A stretch of DNA of 64,000 bases from Dehalococcoidia bacterium (GCA_965221065.1 OZ244861.1:1697566-1761565); one strand, 5' to 3'; positions 54,181 through 63,886 are shown, numbered from the stretch's first letter. The notes: a model not told the origin generated them from the letters alone. Translations and numbers: made by a program.

Positions 54181-55082
54181 GACTCGGTGTCCTCTTCGAT
54201 CAGCCGCCGGCCACCCCGTTCGAGTAGCGTCTCTGCGACTTCGCCGCCGACCGCCTCAGGGTCTTGTCCGGATCGCTGGACCTCGAGTCGCTCCGAACCA
54301 TCGCCGCTCAGCAACCGTCCGGCCAGCAGCACCTCTCCTCCTCGCACTCCTCCAATCGCTGCCAGTGGGAGTGAACAACCGGCGCCCAACGCGCGCAGCA
54401 TCGCCCGCTCCGCAGACACCGCGAGGCGAGTGGGCAGATCGTTGGCGGTCGAGATCTGCTCCGCATCCTCGGCTCGACATTGGACCACCAACGCGCCCTG
54501 GCCTGGCGACGGCATCATCAGATCAATTGGGAACACTTCCGTGGCGATGCGTTCCAGCCGTTGTAGTCCGGCGGCGGCGAGGATCACGGCATGGAACTCG
54601 CCCGTCTCGACTTTCGCGATGCGCGTATCGACATTCCCGCGAATGTCGACGACTTGCAGGTCGGGGCGCAGGCGCAGCAGTTGAGCAGCGCGTCGCCGCG
54701 ATCCGGTCCCGACGGTTGCCCCCATCGGCAGGTCCAGCAGGCCGATTTCGTTGCGGCTGACCAGCGCGTCGCGTACATCGGCGCGCGGCAGGTAGGCCGC
54801 CAGGGTCGTGCCTTCGCGGATCGTTGGCGGCACGTCCTTGGCCGAATGCACCGCCAGATCGATTTCGCCGTTGAGCAACGCCGACTCAACCGCGCGGACG
54901 AACACGCCCTGTCCTCCGATTGTTCGCAGGCTGGACGTGCGGTCGCGATCGCCCTGGGTCACGATCGGTACGAACTCGGTCTCAAGCCCGATCGCCGCCA
55001 ACGCCCGAGAGGCCAGGTCCGCCTGGACCAACGATAGCTTGCTGGCGCGTCCTCCCAGTCGCAGCGCCCCTGCCATGGTCAT
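54177..55082 (-). CDS. hemC: Hydroxymethylbilane synthase (porphobilinogen deaminase)
   Basis: 301 aa. LRLGGRASKLSLVQA...VPIVTQGD... and a dipyrromethane Cys region (ALGAGCSLPLAA). The start overlaps the upstream stop as ATGA. Confidence 0.9.
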   Translation of the reverse strand: MTMAGALRLGGRASKLSLVQADLASRALAAIGLETEFVPIVTQGDRDRTSSLRTIGGQGVFVRAVESALLNGEIDLAVHSAKDVPPTIREGTTLAAYLPRADVRDALVSRNEIGLLDLPMGATVGTGSRRRAAQLLRLRPDLQVVDIRGNVDTRIAKVETGEFHAVILAAAGLQRLERIATEVFPIDLMMPSPGQGALVVQCRAEDAEQISTANDLPTRLAVSAERAMLRALGAGCSLPLAAIGGVRGGEVLLAGRLLSGDGSERLEVQRSGQDPEAVGGEVAETLLERGGRRLIEEDTES

Positions 55083-55735
55083 TCGTCCGATGCCACCGCC
55101 GCCGTGTTCAGACGCGATAGCAGCAGGGTCTTCGCCTCATCACGGCGGCGCTGCGCCAGGAGGATGCGTAGCCGGCCATCCATCGCCGTCTGCCAAGCCT
55201 CCGAGGGAATCGAGCGAAACACGCCCTGATCTCTCAATTCGGCTCTGACCTCCGCGACCAGGTCAGCCAGGCTCGACGTTTCCGCGTCGAGATAGTCGGA
55301 CAGTTCTTCGCGCACGCGGCGGGCCATGGCCGGGCTCCCGCCGCCGGTGGAGATCGCCACTGTGAGCGGCGCTCTGCGCACCACCGCGGGCAGGATGAAA
55401 TCGCAGTTCGTCGGATCGTCGGCCGCGTTGAGCGGCACGCCAATCGCGCGGGCATCGGCGTGCAGCGACGCATTGGCCGAGGCATCGCCGCCGGCAGCCA
55501 TGACCAATGCTCGACCGTGCATGTCTCCCTGCTGGTAGTCACGGGCCAGGTGCTCGATCCGTCCGGCATCGCGCAGCACGGCCAACCCCTCGTTCAGGCA
55601 GGAGGCGACCACGCTGACCCGAGCCCCGGCGGCGAGCAGACCCTCAACCTTCTCCAAGGCCAGTCGGCCGCCGCCGATGACGAGCACCGCGCGGCCCTCC
55701 AGGTCGAAGAAGACGGGGTAGTACTCACGAACCAC
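55079..55735 (-). CDS. sirC: Precorrin-2 dehydrogenase / sirohydrochlorin ferrochelatase (SirC/CysG-N type)
   Basis: 218 aa. The Rossmann motif VLVIGGGRLALEKVEGLLAAGARVSVV is typical of siroheme synthase N-terminal domains. Confidence 0.75.
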   Translation of the reverse strand: MVREYYPVFFDLEGRAVLVIGGGRLALEKVEGLLAAGARVSVVASCLNEGLAVLRDAGRIEHLARDYQQGDMHGRALVMAAGGDASANASLHADARAIGVPLNAADDPTNCDFILPAVVRRAPLTVAISTGGGSPAMARRVREELSDYLDAETSSLADLVAEVRAELRDQGVFRSIPSEAWQTAMDGRLRILLAQRRRDEAKTLLLSRLNTAAVASDE

Positions 55736-55754
55736 GTCGACCCCGCCGCATCAA

Positions 55755-56690
55755 CTAGCCGGCATCGAGCTGGGCGATACCGATCCCGCGTTCGCCCTGG
55801 ACGGTGTAGAGCAGGTACGCGTTGCCGTTGTCCTCGAAGATTGCAGGATCGCGCAACTCGTGGACCGGTTCGGGAGCGAACCCGCGCACGCTCGGCGCGA
55901 TCGGCAGGTTGGCCCCTTCCCAGTCATAGACCGGGCGCAGTACCTCGCGATGTTCACCGGCGGTCCAGGTATGCCAGTCTCCCGACAGATCGATCGGTGA
56001 GACGAAGATCCGTTCGGGTGCGTCTCCAGCGTTGGACCAGAACACCCAAAGCGTTTCGCCGCGACGCAGCAGAGCGCAGTGGCGCATCGTGTCGGCAAAC
56101 AGTTGCGGACCCTGCTCGAAGCCGCACAGGCCGTCGTCAGAGCGGTAGATGATCCCCGGCATCGACATGCCGTACCAGCCCGGTTTGTCAACGTCGGCCA
56201 AGTGAATCATGCGCAGGTAACTGGTCGAGAGGATCTCCTCGCCCGCCTCGAAGTTGATCCCGTCGCTCGATGTCGCTGCCCGCGACACCTGGCGTCCGTC
56301 GTAGAGCTGACCATGGAAATAGAGCCGGATCTGATGCGACTCTTCGTCCACGATCGCATCCGGCGAGGCGATATGCGGATAGACGTGGCCCTTCCTTTTG
56401 GCCGGCCCCAGTTTCGGGTCGAACTCACTATCCGACTTCGGAAATGCGGTCTGGGAGAGCTGTAGCGCGCCGGGCTCGTGCATGCTCCACGGACCGAGCA
56501 GATGGTCGGCCGCCGCCAGCCGGATGTACGAGCCTTTGTGGTCGGCGAAGTAGAGGTAGAACTCACCGAGCCGATTCGGCAGCCACTCCGGCGTGCGGAT
56601 CAACGAGGGCCCGTTGATGTTGTCGCCCATGCGTTGATCCATGTTTGGCCGGATGATCGGGCCGTCGGTCGATAGCCGAACTGCTCTCAT
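55755..56690 (-). CDS. Hypothetical beta-propeller-like protein (possibly GH43/GH117-like fold)
   Basis: ATG 56690 gives MRAVRLSTDGPIIRPNMDQRMGDNINGPSLIRTPEW...; the track start 56918 adds a Ser/Cys-rich extension. The repetitive W/Y-D-G-rich strands suggest a propeller. Function is not supportable from sequence alone. Confidence 0.4.
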   Translation of the reverse strand: MRAVRLSTDGPIIRPNMDQRMGDNINGPSLIRTPEWLPNRLGEFYLYFADHKGSYIRLAAADHLLGPWSMHEPGALQLSQTAFPKSDSEFDPKLGPAKRKGHVYPHIASPDAIVDEESHQIRLYFHGQLYDGRQVSRAATSSDGINFEAGEEILSTSYLRMIHLADVDKPGWYGMSMPGIIYRSDDGLCGFEQGPQLFADTMRHCALLRRGETLWVFWSNAGDAPERIFVSPIDLSGDWHTWTAGEHREVLRPVYDWEGANLPIAPSVRGFAPEPVHELRDPAIFEDNGNAYLLYTVQGERGIGIAQLDAG

Positions 56691-56733
56691 CTCCGAGACT
56701 CCGTAAACACTCGATCTAGCCCCGCTCTCGCCC

Positions 56734-57375
56734 ATGGTAGGGGCGGATAAGCTCAATCGTATGAGGCTGCAGTACGGCCCACTGCGAGAGATCATCGAGA
56801 CCGCAATTCTCGGGCTGATTGTCTTCCTGCTGGCTCGTGAGGCGGTACAGAACTTCCAGGTCGAGGGCCGCTCGATGCAGCCCACGCTGGCCAGCTCCGA
56901 ACTCGTGCTGGTCAACAAGATCGGCTACTGGGAGGTCGATCTTGGACCCTTCGACGCGCTGGTGCCGGGCCGCAACAACGGCGATTTCCTGCTTTCCGGC
57001 CCGCATCGCGGCTCGGTGATCATCTTCAGACCGCCGTATCAGAGCGCGCACGACTTCGTCAAACGGGTGATTGGATTGCCCGGAGACACCGTGGAAGTCA
57101 CGGCTGGTCGAGTGTTCGTCAATGGCGTCGAACTGAACGAGCACAGCTACATCTTCGGGCCGCCCAACTACCAGTGGGGCCCAGCCGTTATCCCGCCCGA
57201 GCATTACTTCGTACTCGGCGACAATCGCAACAGCAGCCAGGACTCGCACGCCTTTGGGCCGATCCACGAAGACCAGATCGTCGGAGAAGTGATGTTCCGC
57301 TGGTTCCCGTTCAACAAGATCAGCAGCGACATCTCACGGCACGCCACCGACTACGAAGGGAACGTTCTGCCATGA
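56734..57375 (+). CDS. lepB: Signal peptidase I
   Basis: Motifs GRSMQPTL (catalytic Ser), KRVIGLPGDTV (Lys) and GDNRNSSQDS. The alternative ATG at 56761 is equally plausible. Confidence 0.9.
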   Translation: MVGADKLNRMRLQYGPLREIIETAILGLIVFLLAREAVQNFQVEGRSMQPTLASSELVLVNKIGYWEVDLGPFDALVPGRNNGDFLLSGPHRGSVIIFRPPYQSAHDFVKRVIGLPGDTVEVTAGRVFVNGVELNEHSYIFGPPNYQWGPAVIPPEHYFVLGDNRNSSQDSHAFGPIHEDQIVGEVMFRWFPFNKISSDISRHATDYEGNVLP

Positions 57376-57947
57376 GCGACGGCGGCTCGGACGCGATGAG
57401 CCTGCTGGAAGAAGCGGGAGCAGTGCTTAAGGGTCACTTCCAGTACGCGTCGGGCCGCCACGGCGATACTTACATCGAGAAGTTTCGCCTGCTCGAGAAG
57501 CCACACGTCACGGAGGCGCTCTGTCGTCAACTGTCCGAACACTTTCGCCCACTAAATCCCGAACTGGTCGTCGGACCCACCACGGGCGGCATCCTGCTTG
57601 CCCATGAAACGGCCAAACACCTGGGTGAGTCGATCAAGGCGTACTTCGCCGAGCGTAGCGAGGATGGTGGTCGGTACCTGGGCCGCGGGTTCATGGTCTC
57701 GGAGGGTCAGACGGTGCTGGTCGTCGATGACGTGCTGACGACGGGTGGCTCAGTAAGAGACACGCTGAACGCGGTCGTTCGTGCTGGAGGCAGGCCGATC
57801 GGAGTGGGGCTCGTGGTCGATCGCACCAACGGCGCGACCAGTTTCGGGGAACTCGAGACGTTTGCTTGCCTCGCGATCGACGTCGCCAGTTACGAACCGG
57901 ACGACTGCGTGCTGTGCGAGGCGGGGGTTGAGCTGACGATCACTTAG
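57372..57947 (+). CDS. pyrE: Orotate phosphoribosyltransferase
   Basis: ATG 57372 overlaps the lepB stop as ATGA. HFQYASGRHGDTYIEK and the PRPP-binding loop VLVVDDVLTTGGS. Confidence 0.85.
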   Translation: MSDGGSDAMSLLEEAGAVLKGHFQYASGRHGDTYIEKFRLLEKPHVTEALCRQLSEHFRPLNPELVVGPTTGGILLAHETAKHLGESIKAYFAERSEDGGRYLGRGFMVSEGQTVLVVDDVLTTGGSVRDTLNAVVRAGGRPIGVGLVVDRTNGATSFGELETFACLAIDVASYEPDDCVLCEAGVELTIT

Positions 57948-58645
57948 CCGATCGCGTGAACGAAGAGGCCGGAGCCGACTCCGGCCAGGTCGGCCAGTAG
58001 AGATAGCGCCAGCGCATAGATCCCGAACCCGATGCCGACGCTGACGATGGCGGCGCGGTCGTCGGCATCCGGAGCGGCGGCGCGCACGGCGATCACGGTC
58101 AGCATCACGCTGGCGATCGTCACGATCAGGCCGACGGCGAAGCTGGCGGGACCAACGAACATGAACACCTGCCAGGCGGCGAATCCGCCGACCAGCGCCA
58201 TCGAGCGCATCAGCGCACGGAGGTCGACATTGATTTCAAAGATGGACCGAAGCGCCTGCCAGGTGATTCCGAGCCAGAGCGCCCAGCCGCCCAGCGAGAC
58301 TATCGAGCCGAGCAGCAGGACCTTGAGCGCAGGATCGGCGACCGCGGCCCCGCCGGTATCGATCACCAGCCAGAGCCAGCCGCCCAAGCTTGCGAACAGC
58401 ACGCCGATCACGAGCACCGCCAGCGTTGGACGTGAATCGGTCTCTTTGGTCGTCACGTCGCCGACAACGCCAAGCTCGCCGGCCAGCAGGCGTCGGAGCA
58501 GCACCAGCGACCGCCGCCAGTCAACGAGCGCCGGGATCGAAGCGATCGAGCGAGACCTGGCCAACCGACTGCCTCGCCCGGAGGATCGGTTCGGCACGCC
58601 GGCGGGAAGTGATCTGATCTGAATCATGGCGTCGAATCTGGACAT
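57944..58645 (-). CDS. Hypothetical polytopic membrane protein (start uncertain)
   Basis: Five hydrophobic helices in the C-terminal ~170 aa. The N-terminal ~60 aa are Arg/Ser-rich and overlap the divergent UDG ORF, so the true start is probably further downstream. Confidence 0.45.
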   Translation of the reverse strand: MSRFDAMIQIRSLPAGVPNRSSGRGSRLARSRSIASIPALVDWRRSLVLLRRLLAGELGVVGDVTTKETDSRPTLAVLVIGVLFASLGGWLWLVIDTGGAAVADPALKVLLLGSIVSLGGWALWLGITWQALRSIFEINVDLRALMRSMALVGGFAAWQVFMFVGPASFAVGLIVTIASVMLTVIAVRAAAPDADDRAAIVSVGIGFGIYALALSLLADLAGVGSGLFVHAIG

Positions 58646-59363
58646 CGGCCTGTCATGGCTCCACTATGGGCGAATGGCCCCGGTCGACGATCCGCAAATC
58701 GGTAAATTCGACATCGCCCAGCTCAACGATGCCGTCGCAGGCTGCCGCCGCTGCCCACGGCTTGTCGAATGGCGCGAGCAAGCCGCGACCGAGAAACGCG
58801 CCGCCTTCCGCGATCAGGACTACTGGGGCCGGGCGGTGCCATCGTTCGGTCCCGCCGACGCCCGCATGCTTGTCGTCGGACTCGCCCCCGCCGCGCACGG
58901 CGCCAACCGCACCGGTCGCATGTTCACCGGCGACCGCTCCGGGGACCTGCTCTACCGGGCCATGTGGCGTGCCGGCCTGGCGAACCAGCCGGAGTCAACC
59001 TCAGCTGGCGACGGCCTCGAACTGGTCAACACCAGGATCACGTCGATCGTCCGCTGCGCGCCGCCGGACAACAAGCCAACCGTGGACGAACGCGACCGCT
59101 GTCTGCCCTACTTCCGTCGCGAGCTTGAACTGCTCACGGACCTGCGAGTGATCGTTTGCCTCGGCGCCTACGCCTGGGAGAACTCCGCGCGACAACTCGG
59201 CATACGGCCGCGCCCGAGGTTCGCCCACGGCCTGGAGTACTCCGTCAGCGACCTGACCGTGGTCTGTTCCTATCACCCCAGCCAGCGCAACACCTTCACC
59301 GGACTGCTCACCGAGGAGATGCTGGCCGGGATCTTCCAACGCGCGGCGGAGCTGGCAACCTAG
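58626..59363 (+). CDS. Uracil-DNA glycosylase, family 4/5 (UdgB-like motif A)
   Basis: Fe-S Cys CRRCPRL, motif A GLAPAAHGANRTGRMFTGD (GLAPA rather than the GEAPG of family 4), and motif B HPSQRN. The alternative ATG at 58674 avoids overlap with the divergent gene. Confidence 0.8.
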   Translation: MASNLDIGLSWLHYGRMAPVDDPQIGKFDIAQLNDAVAGCRRCPRLVEWREQAATEKRAAFRDQDYWGRAVPSFGPADARMLVVGLAPAAHGANRTGRMFTGDRSGDLLYRAMWRAGLANQPESTSAGDGLELVNTRITSIVRCAPPDNKPTVDERDRCLPYFRRELELLTDLRVIVCLGAYAWENSARQLGIRPRPRFAHGLEYSVSDLTVVCSYHPSQRNTFTGLLTEEMLAGIFQRAAELAT

Positions 59364-59409
59364 ACACCGGCGCCCCCGTGCGTCCCTGTCCTTGCGCGCC
59401 GGCTGCGGC

Positions 59410-61695
59410 TCAGCGGGCGGGCGGGGGTTCGAAGACCGTGTCGCGCGCGCCGGCGACGCCGAGGTTCTGAATCCGTCGATCCTCGACCCTGCTGGTCTCA
59501 GCCCGAGCAAACGGCGTATGCCGGTAGAACCGCGCGAGATACTCCGCGAGCGCGTCCTGCTCCGTGCCCGGTGCGGCGAAGTCGACCAGGCCGGGACCGA
59601 CTGCAACGGGACCATCGATCAGGCCGTTGCCGTTGGTGTCGGGAAACTCGGCCGACGGCGGATTGTATTGGCCCGCTTCGCCGGCCAAGTCGATCCGACC
59701 GCGCGCCGGCAACGCAAACTGGTAGCCGTCGCCGCCGTTGGCGGTGAAGTTGGGCACCGCCATGTGAATCATGCGCTCGGGGTCGCCGACCAGGACCGCA
59801 TTCTCCACGACCCGGTCCGCAACGTGATCCAGCTCGTCGATGATGGCGAGCGAACGAATCCGCCGACCCGGCGGCTCGGCGGGATCGAAGCTGAAGCGCA
59901 TCCCCGCGACCTGCGGGAAGCGGCCATCGGGGACATCGCCGACGCCATCGAAGCCGACGCCGTGTTCAAGCAGCTCCACCAACTGCCGCGCCGTGACCGG
60001 GACAATCACCAGTCCGTTGTTGAAGCGCAACACGCTCTCGACGGCGAATCGTGAAATGTCGCCCTCACGCTTACCGCTGGCCGGATTGGCCGCCGGGGGA
60101 GCGAAGACGACCTCGTCCGCCCGAAGCGCACCGGCTGGCTGCCAGACCCGGCCGATCTGATCTCGAATTCCGCCGGAGTTCTTGAGCGCAACGGCGACTT
60201 GAGGGTCATACTGACGCGCCAGCCACAGGAACGCGTCGGCGACGAGGTTCCCGAGATTGGTTTCCTGCGTACGGACATCGCCTCGTCGCCCGGCGAGATA
60301 GACGCTCGTCCGCCCCACGATTTCGCGATCCCGTTGTTGAATCACCGCCCGCAGCGTTTCGACGATTCGGCTCACGCCCGGGATCGGCGCGCCCGCCGCT
60401 GCCCTCTGACCGTCTTTGTCGGTGGCGTAGATGCCGCTCACGGAGGGATCGACGCTCTCTGGCATCACCAGCCCGTCACGATCGAAGCGGACCACCAGGC
60501 GTCCGAGGTAGCGGTAGTCCGCGTCGGTATTGACCAGCAGAAGCGGCTCACCGTTCGCCGACGTCATGCGCAGCGGATAGCTGCCTGCCGCCCGATCGCC
60601 GCTACGCAGGCGATCCGTCTTGTCGGCGAGGATGGTGTTCGAGCCGCCCGCAACAATGATGTCAACGTCACGGAGTCGGCTCGCCAGTCGCTGTTCGATC
60701 TCAATCTGCTGCATGTGGGCGAGCAGAATGATCTTGTCGACGCCCAGCCCTGTCAGATCGTCGACCGCCCGTTGAATGACTGCGGCGAGCGCGTCGAGGT
60801 CGAATCCATCGAGGGGTTCCACCGTCACGTCACCAGCGCTGGAGATCCAGGCCAGATGCGGCGTCGTCGCCCCGACGATGCCGATGGATTCGCCGTCCAG
60901 TTCGAGGATCACGCTGCGCGCCAGGCTGCCCGCGCCCAACGGCGTGCGCAGGGCGTCGACGGCGACCAAGGGCCGCAGGTGCGGGTCGTCGGCCAGGCCA
61001 AGATTGGCCGACAGATACGGGAAGGCGGCCCCGGGGTACAAGCCGCCCTCTCCTTCCTCCGGCGCGATGATCGATGCGAGCGCGCGCGGCCCCAGGTCGA
61101 ATTCGTGGTTGCCCAGCGCCGCGGCTTGAAAACCCATCGCATTCAACAGGGCGATATCGCCACGACCGATTCCCGGCACGCCCAGCAGCCTGGCAGTGCC
61201 TGGATCGGCTGCCGCGTAGAAGCGCGGTCCGGGGATGAAGTTGTCCCCGGAACTCAGGACCAGCGTGCGCTTCGGCATCTGCGAGCGGAACCCGTCGAGG
61301 AGGGCAGAAAACGTCTCAACGTTGTCAAGCGCCCCGACCGCGCCGTCCATGTCCGCCGCGTGCAGCAGCTGCACGACGAATCCCGGGTCCGCCGCCTGAC
61401 CGCTTTCGGTCTCAGCAGCGACGCTGGCGCTCGCTGGTTCGCCGGTCGAGTCGCTTTCCCGCTCTGAGATCGGCCGAGTCGCACGCTGCGGTGCCGGACG
61501 CGGAAGCGTTACAGCCTGCGTCGGTCCCTGAACCTGCGACGCTTGAACCTGGGCCGACGCTTCAGTCTGAGTTGAGTCGGCCTCGGTACCGGATTCACAC
61601 GCGCTGAAGGCGACGACCACCGCCGCCAGCGCCGGGGCGAGCAGGGCGCCCGCCCTGCGACCCGGCCGCGTCAGCCGTGGAACTAGCCGACGCAA
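59410..61695 (-). CDS. Lipoprotein 5'-nucleotidase / metallophosphatase (UshA-like)
   Basis: LLHAADMDG, SGDNF and GNHEFD metallophosphatase motifs plus a C-terminal 5'-nucleotidase domain. The track start 61827 would overlap the upstream gene by 145 nt. An in-frame TTG at 61695 gives (M)RRLVPRLTRPGRRAGALLAPALAAVVVAFSAC, a signal peptide with a lipobox-like AFSAC. Confidence 0.75.
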   Translation of the reverse strand: MRRLVPRLTRPGRRAGALLAPALAAVVVAFSACESGTEADSTQTEASAQVQASQVQGPTQAVTLPRPAPQRATRPISERESDSTGEPASASVAAETESGQAADPGFVVQLLHAADMDGAVGALDNVETFSALLDGFRSQMPKRTLVLSSGDNFIPGPRFYAAADPGTARLLGVPGIGRGDIALLNAMGFQAAALGNHEFDLGPRALASIIAPEEGEGGLYPGAAFPYLSANLGLADDPHLRPLVAVDALRTPLGAGSLARSVILELDGESIGIVGATTPHLAWISSAGDVTVEPLDGFDLDALAAVIQRAVDDLTGLGVDKIILLAHMQQIEIEQRLASRLRDVDIIVAGGSNTILADKTDRLRSGDRAAGSYPLRMTSANGEPLLLVNTDADYRYLGRLVVRFDRDGLVMPESVDPSVSGIYATDKDGQRAAAGAPIPGVSRIVETLRAVIQQRDREIVGRTSVYLAGRRGDVRTQETNLGNLVADAFLWLARQYDPQVAVALKNSGGIRDQIGRVWQPAGALRADEVVFAPPAANPASGKREGDISRFAVESVLRFNNGLVIVPVTARQLVELLEHGVGFDGVGDVPDGRFPQVAGMRFSFDPAEPPGRRIRSLAIIDELDHVADRVVENAVLVGDPERMIHMAVPNFTANGGDGYQFALPARGRIDLAGEAGQYNPPSAEFPDTNGNGLIDGPVAVGPGLVDFAAPGTEQDALAEYLARFYRHTPFARAETSRVEDRRIQNLGVAGARDTVFEPPPAR

Positions 61696-62159
61696 AGACC
61701 GCCATCGGCGCAGCAGTCCTCGATCGATTCTGCGCCCGCAGTGACATCGGCCAACGGGATCAGGTTTTGGGCGCGCGCCGCGTAGGAGGCTTCCGGCAAG
61801 TCGTCGGTGATCGTGTACACCTCCCAACGCGTGCCGGACGGGTCGGAAACCCAGACCTTGTCCTGCTCGGCGTGGCAGCAGACCACCGCGTCCTCAATCT
61901 CCATCTCGAGTCCCAGACCGCCAAAGCGTTGCGTCTCGGCGTGGACTTCGGACGTCGTCGCCACTTCGACCCCAAGATGGTTGAGCGCCGCGGCCGCCGA
62001 CGGATTCTCGATCAGCACCAGCTTCAGCGGCGGGTCCTCGACCTCAAAGTTCGCGTAACCGGGACGAACCTTGTGCGGTTCGGTCCTGAACATCTGTGCG
62101 TAGAAGTCGATCGCCGAATCAAGCTCGGCCACATTCAGCGCCAGCTGCACTCGCGACAT
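61683..62159 (-). CDS. ArsI/CadI-type VOC (glyoxalase-fold) metalloenzyme
   Basis: 158 aa. LALNVAELDSAIDFY...HLGVEV... and the vicinal Cys pair VVCCHAEQDKVWV, as in ArsI/CadI. A Cys-rich tail CCADGGLCVG follows. Confidence 0.65.
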   Translation of the reverse strand: MSRVQLALNVAELDSAIDFYAQMFRTEPHKVRPGYANFEVEDPPLKLVLIENPSAAAALNHLGVEVATTSEVHAETQRFGGLGLEMEIEDAVVCCHAEQDKVWVSDPSGTRWEVYTITDDLPEASYAARAQNLIPLADVTAGAESIEDCCADGGLCVG

Positions 62160-62171
62160 CTCAGATCCTCC

Positions 62172-63302
62172 TCAATCAGCGACGGCCAGTTCAGGTTCGT
62201 CGCTCGTCAAGGTCAGCCTATTGCGTTCCTGCACGATCGGCATGACCCAATCGCCGAACCGCTTCGCCTCGTCATCGTGCGGGTAGCCGGACAGGCAGAA
62301 CTCCGTGCAGCCGATCTCGACGAACTCCTGCAGTGTGTCGGCGACCTGCTGTGGATTGCCAACGACCGCCAATCCGGCGCCGCCGCGCACCGTGCTCAGC
62401 CCGCTCCACAGATGCGGCGCGATCCGATAGTCGTTGTCCCTGGACTCGTCGGCGAGCTGCCACATGCGGCTGTCCGCCTCTGACTCGCCGCGCCAGTTCT
62501 TGCGGGCCTGCCGCTGACGCTCGGTCGTGCCTTCGATCAGGCTGTGCGCCGCGTCCCAGGCCTCGTCCTCAGTTTCGCGAACGCAGACCTGGAGGCGCAT
62601 ACCGAAGTTGATGCTGGGTCTTCCGAAGCGTTCGGCTCGTTGCCTGACGTCAATCACTTTGGCGGCAGTCGCCTCGGGCGTGTCGCCCCAAAAGAAGTAG
62701 CAGTCGGCGTGCCTCGCGCCGACGTCGCGCGCGGCGTCGGACTCTCCGCCGATGTAGAAGCGCGGCCACGGATCCTGGTATGGCTTGGGGTAGGCGTGCG
62801 CGCCCTTGAGCTGGTAATGCTTGCCCTCCCAGTCGATCCGCTCCTGCGAGGTCCAGAGCGCCTTCATCACCTGCACCGATTCGTCCATCACCTCGTAGCG
62901 CTCGTCGTGGCTGTACGTGATTCCATCGCCGACCAGCTCGCGTGGATTACCGCCGGCGATCAGGTTGATGTACACCCGGCCCTCCGAGAGCTGGTCGAAG
63001 GCTCCGATCATCCGCGCCATCTGGGTCGGCAAAATGTATCCCGGCCGCGCGGCCACGAGCATCTTCAGTTTGGTCGTCTTGGCCGACATCATCGCCGTAG
63101 AAATCCAGGCCTCCCAGCGAGTCGGCGTGACCGGTACCAGGGCATACTCGAAGCCGGCCAATTCGGCCGCCAGGGCGACGCGCTCGAACATCTCCATCGA
63201 GGCCGGGATGAACTGGTCGGGATCGGCGAAATTGGTCAGGTCCCCGTGCGTGGGGATGTACCAGCCGAAGCGAATCTGAGAATCAGGCATAGACACATCC
63301 AA
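62172..63302 (-). CDS. LLM-class FMN-dependent monooxygenase (SsuD-like)
   Basis: 376 aa. The N-terminus FGWYIPTHGD resembles the alkanesulfonate monooxygenase FWFLPTHGD. An alternative start lies at 63290. Confidence 0.75.
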   Translation of the reverse strand: MDVSMPDSQIRFGWYIPTHGDLTNFADPDQFIPASMEMFERVALAAELAGFEYALVPVTPTRWEAWISTAMMSAKTTKLKMLVAARPGYILPTQMARMIGAFDQLSEGRVYINLIAGGNPRELVGDGITYSHDERYEVMDESVQVMKALWTSQERIDWEGKHYQLKGAHAYPKPYQDPWPRFYIGGESDAARDVGARHADCYFFWGDTPEATAAKVIDVRQRAERFGRPSINFGMRLQVCVRETEDEAWDAAHSLIEGTTERQRQARKNWRGESEADSRMWQLADESRDNDYRIAPHLWSGLSTVRGGAGLAVVGNPQQVADTLQEFVEIGCTEFCLSGYPHDDEAKRFGDWVMPIVQERNRLTLTSDEPELAVAD

Positions 63303-63460
63303 CCCCGTTCAAGTTCATGAATTCTACGGTAGTTGGGCAGGGACCCCTTCTGAGCGCGTAGCGGGACAGCGGCCGCGTATCTGCGGAGACGCCATTCGAT
63401 GAGCGTGACGATACAGTGTGGTCTGAGGACGTCACAGGCTGAACCTCACGGGAGATCACG

Positions 63461-63886
63461 ATGACCCTGAATACCTACCTGACTTTCGAGGCCAACTGCC
63501 GCGAGGCCTTCGAGTTCTACCAATCCGTTTTCGGCGGTGAGTTCTCCGAGTTGCAGACCTTCGGCGACGGTCCGCCCGACATGGGGGTACCGGAGGAGGC
63601 CAAAGGACGCATCATGCACGTTTCGCTGCCGATCGGCGAGAGCGTTCTGATGGGCAGTGACTCTAACCCCGCATTCGGTCCCGGACCGGTCGTGGGCACC
63701 AACTTCTCGATCAGCTTCGCCGCCGCCAGCCGCGCCGACGCCGACGAGAAATTCGCGGGTCTCTCGGCCGGTGGACAGGTGGACATGCCGATGGCCGAGA
63801 TGTTCTGGGGCGACTACTTCGGCTCCTGCAGGGACCGGTTCGGGATCGCCTGGCAGATCCTCTGGCAACCGCCTCAGGAAGACTGA
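63461..63886 (+). CDS. PhnB-like VOC-family protein
   Basis: 141 aa. MTLNTYLTFEANCREAFEFYQSVFGGE...MHVSL...FWGDYFGSCRDRFGIAWQI is typical of the PhnB/3-demethylubiquinone methyltransferase-like glyoxalase fold. Confidence 0.75.
   Translation: MTLNTYLTFEANCREAFEFYQSVFGGEFSELQTFGDGPPDMGVPEEAKGRIMHVSLPIGESVLMGSDSNPAFGPGPVVGTNFSISFAAASRADADEKFAGLSAGGQVDMPMAEMFWGDYFGSCRDRFGIAWQILWQPPQED

Noticed and set aside
56716-57267. 183-aa minus-strand ORF
   Set aside because: It is antisense to the signal peptidase I gene, which carries all the canonical catalytic motifs.
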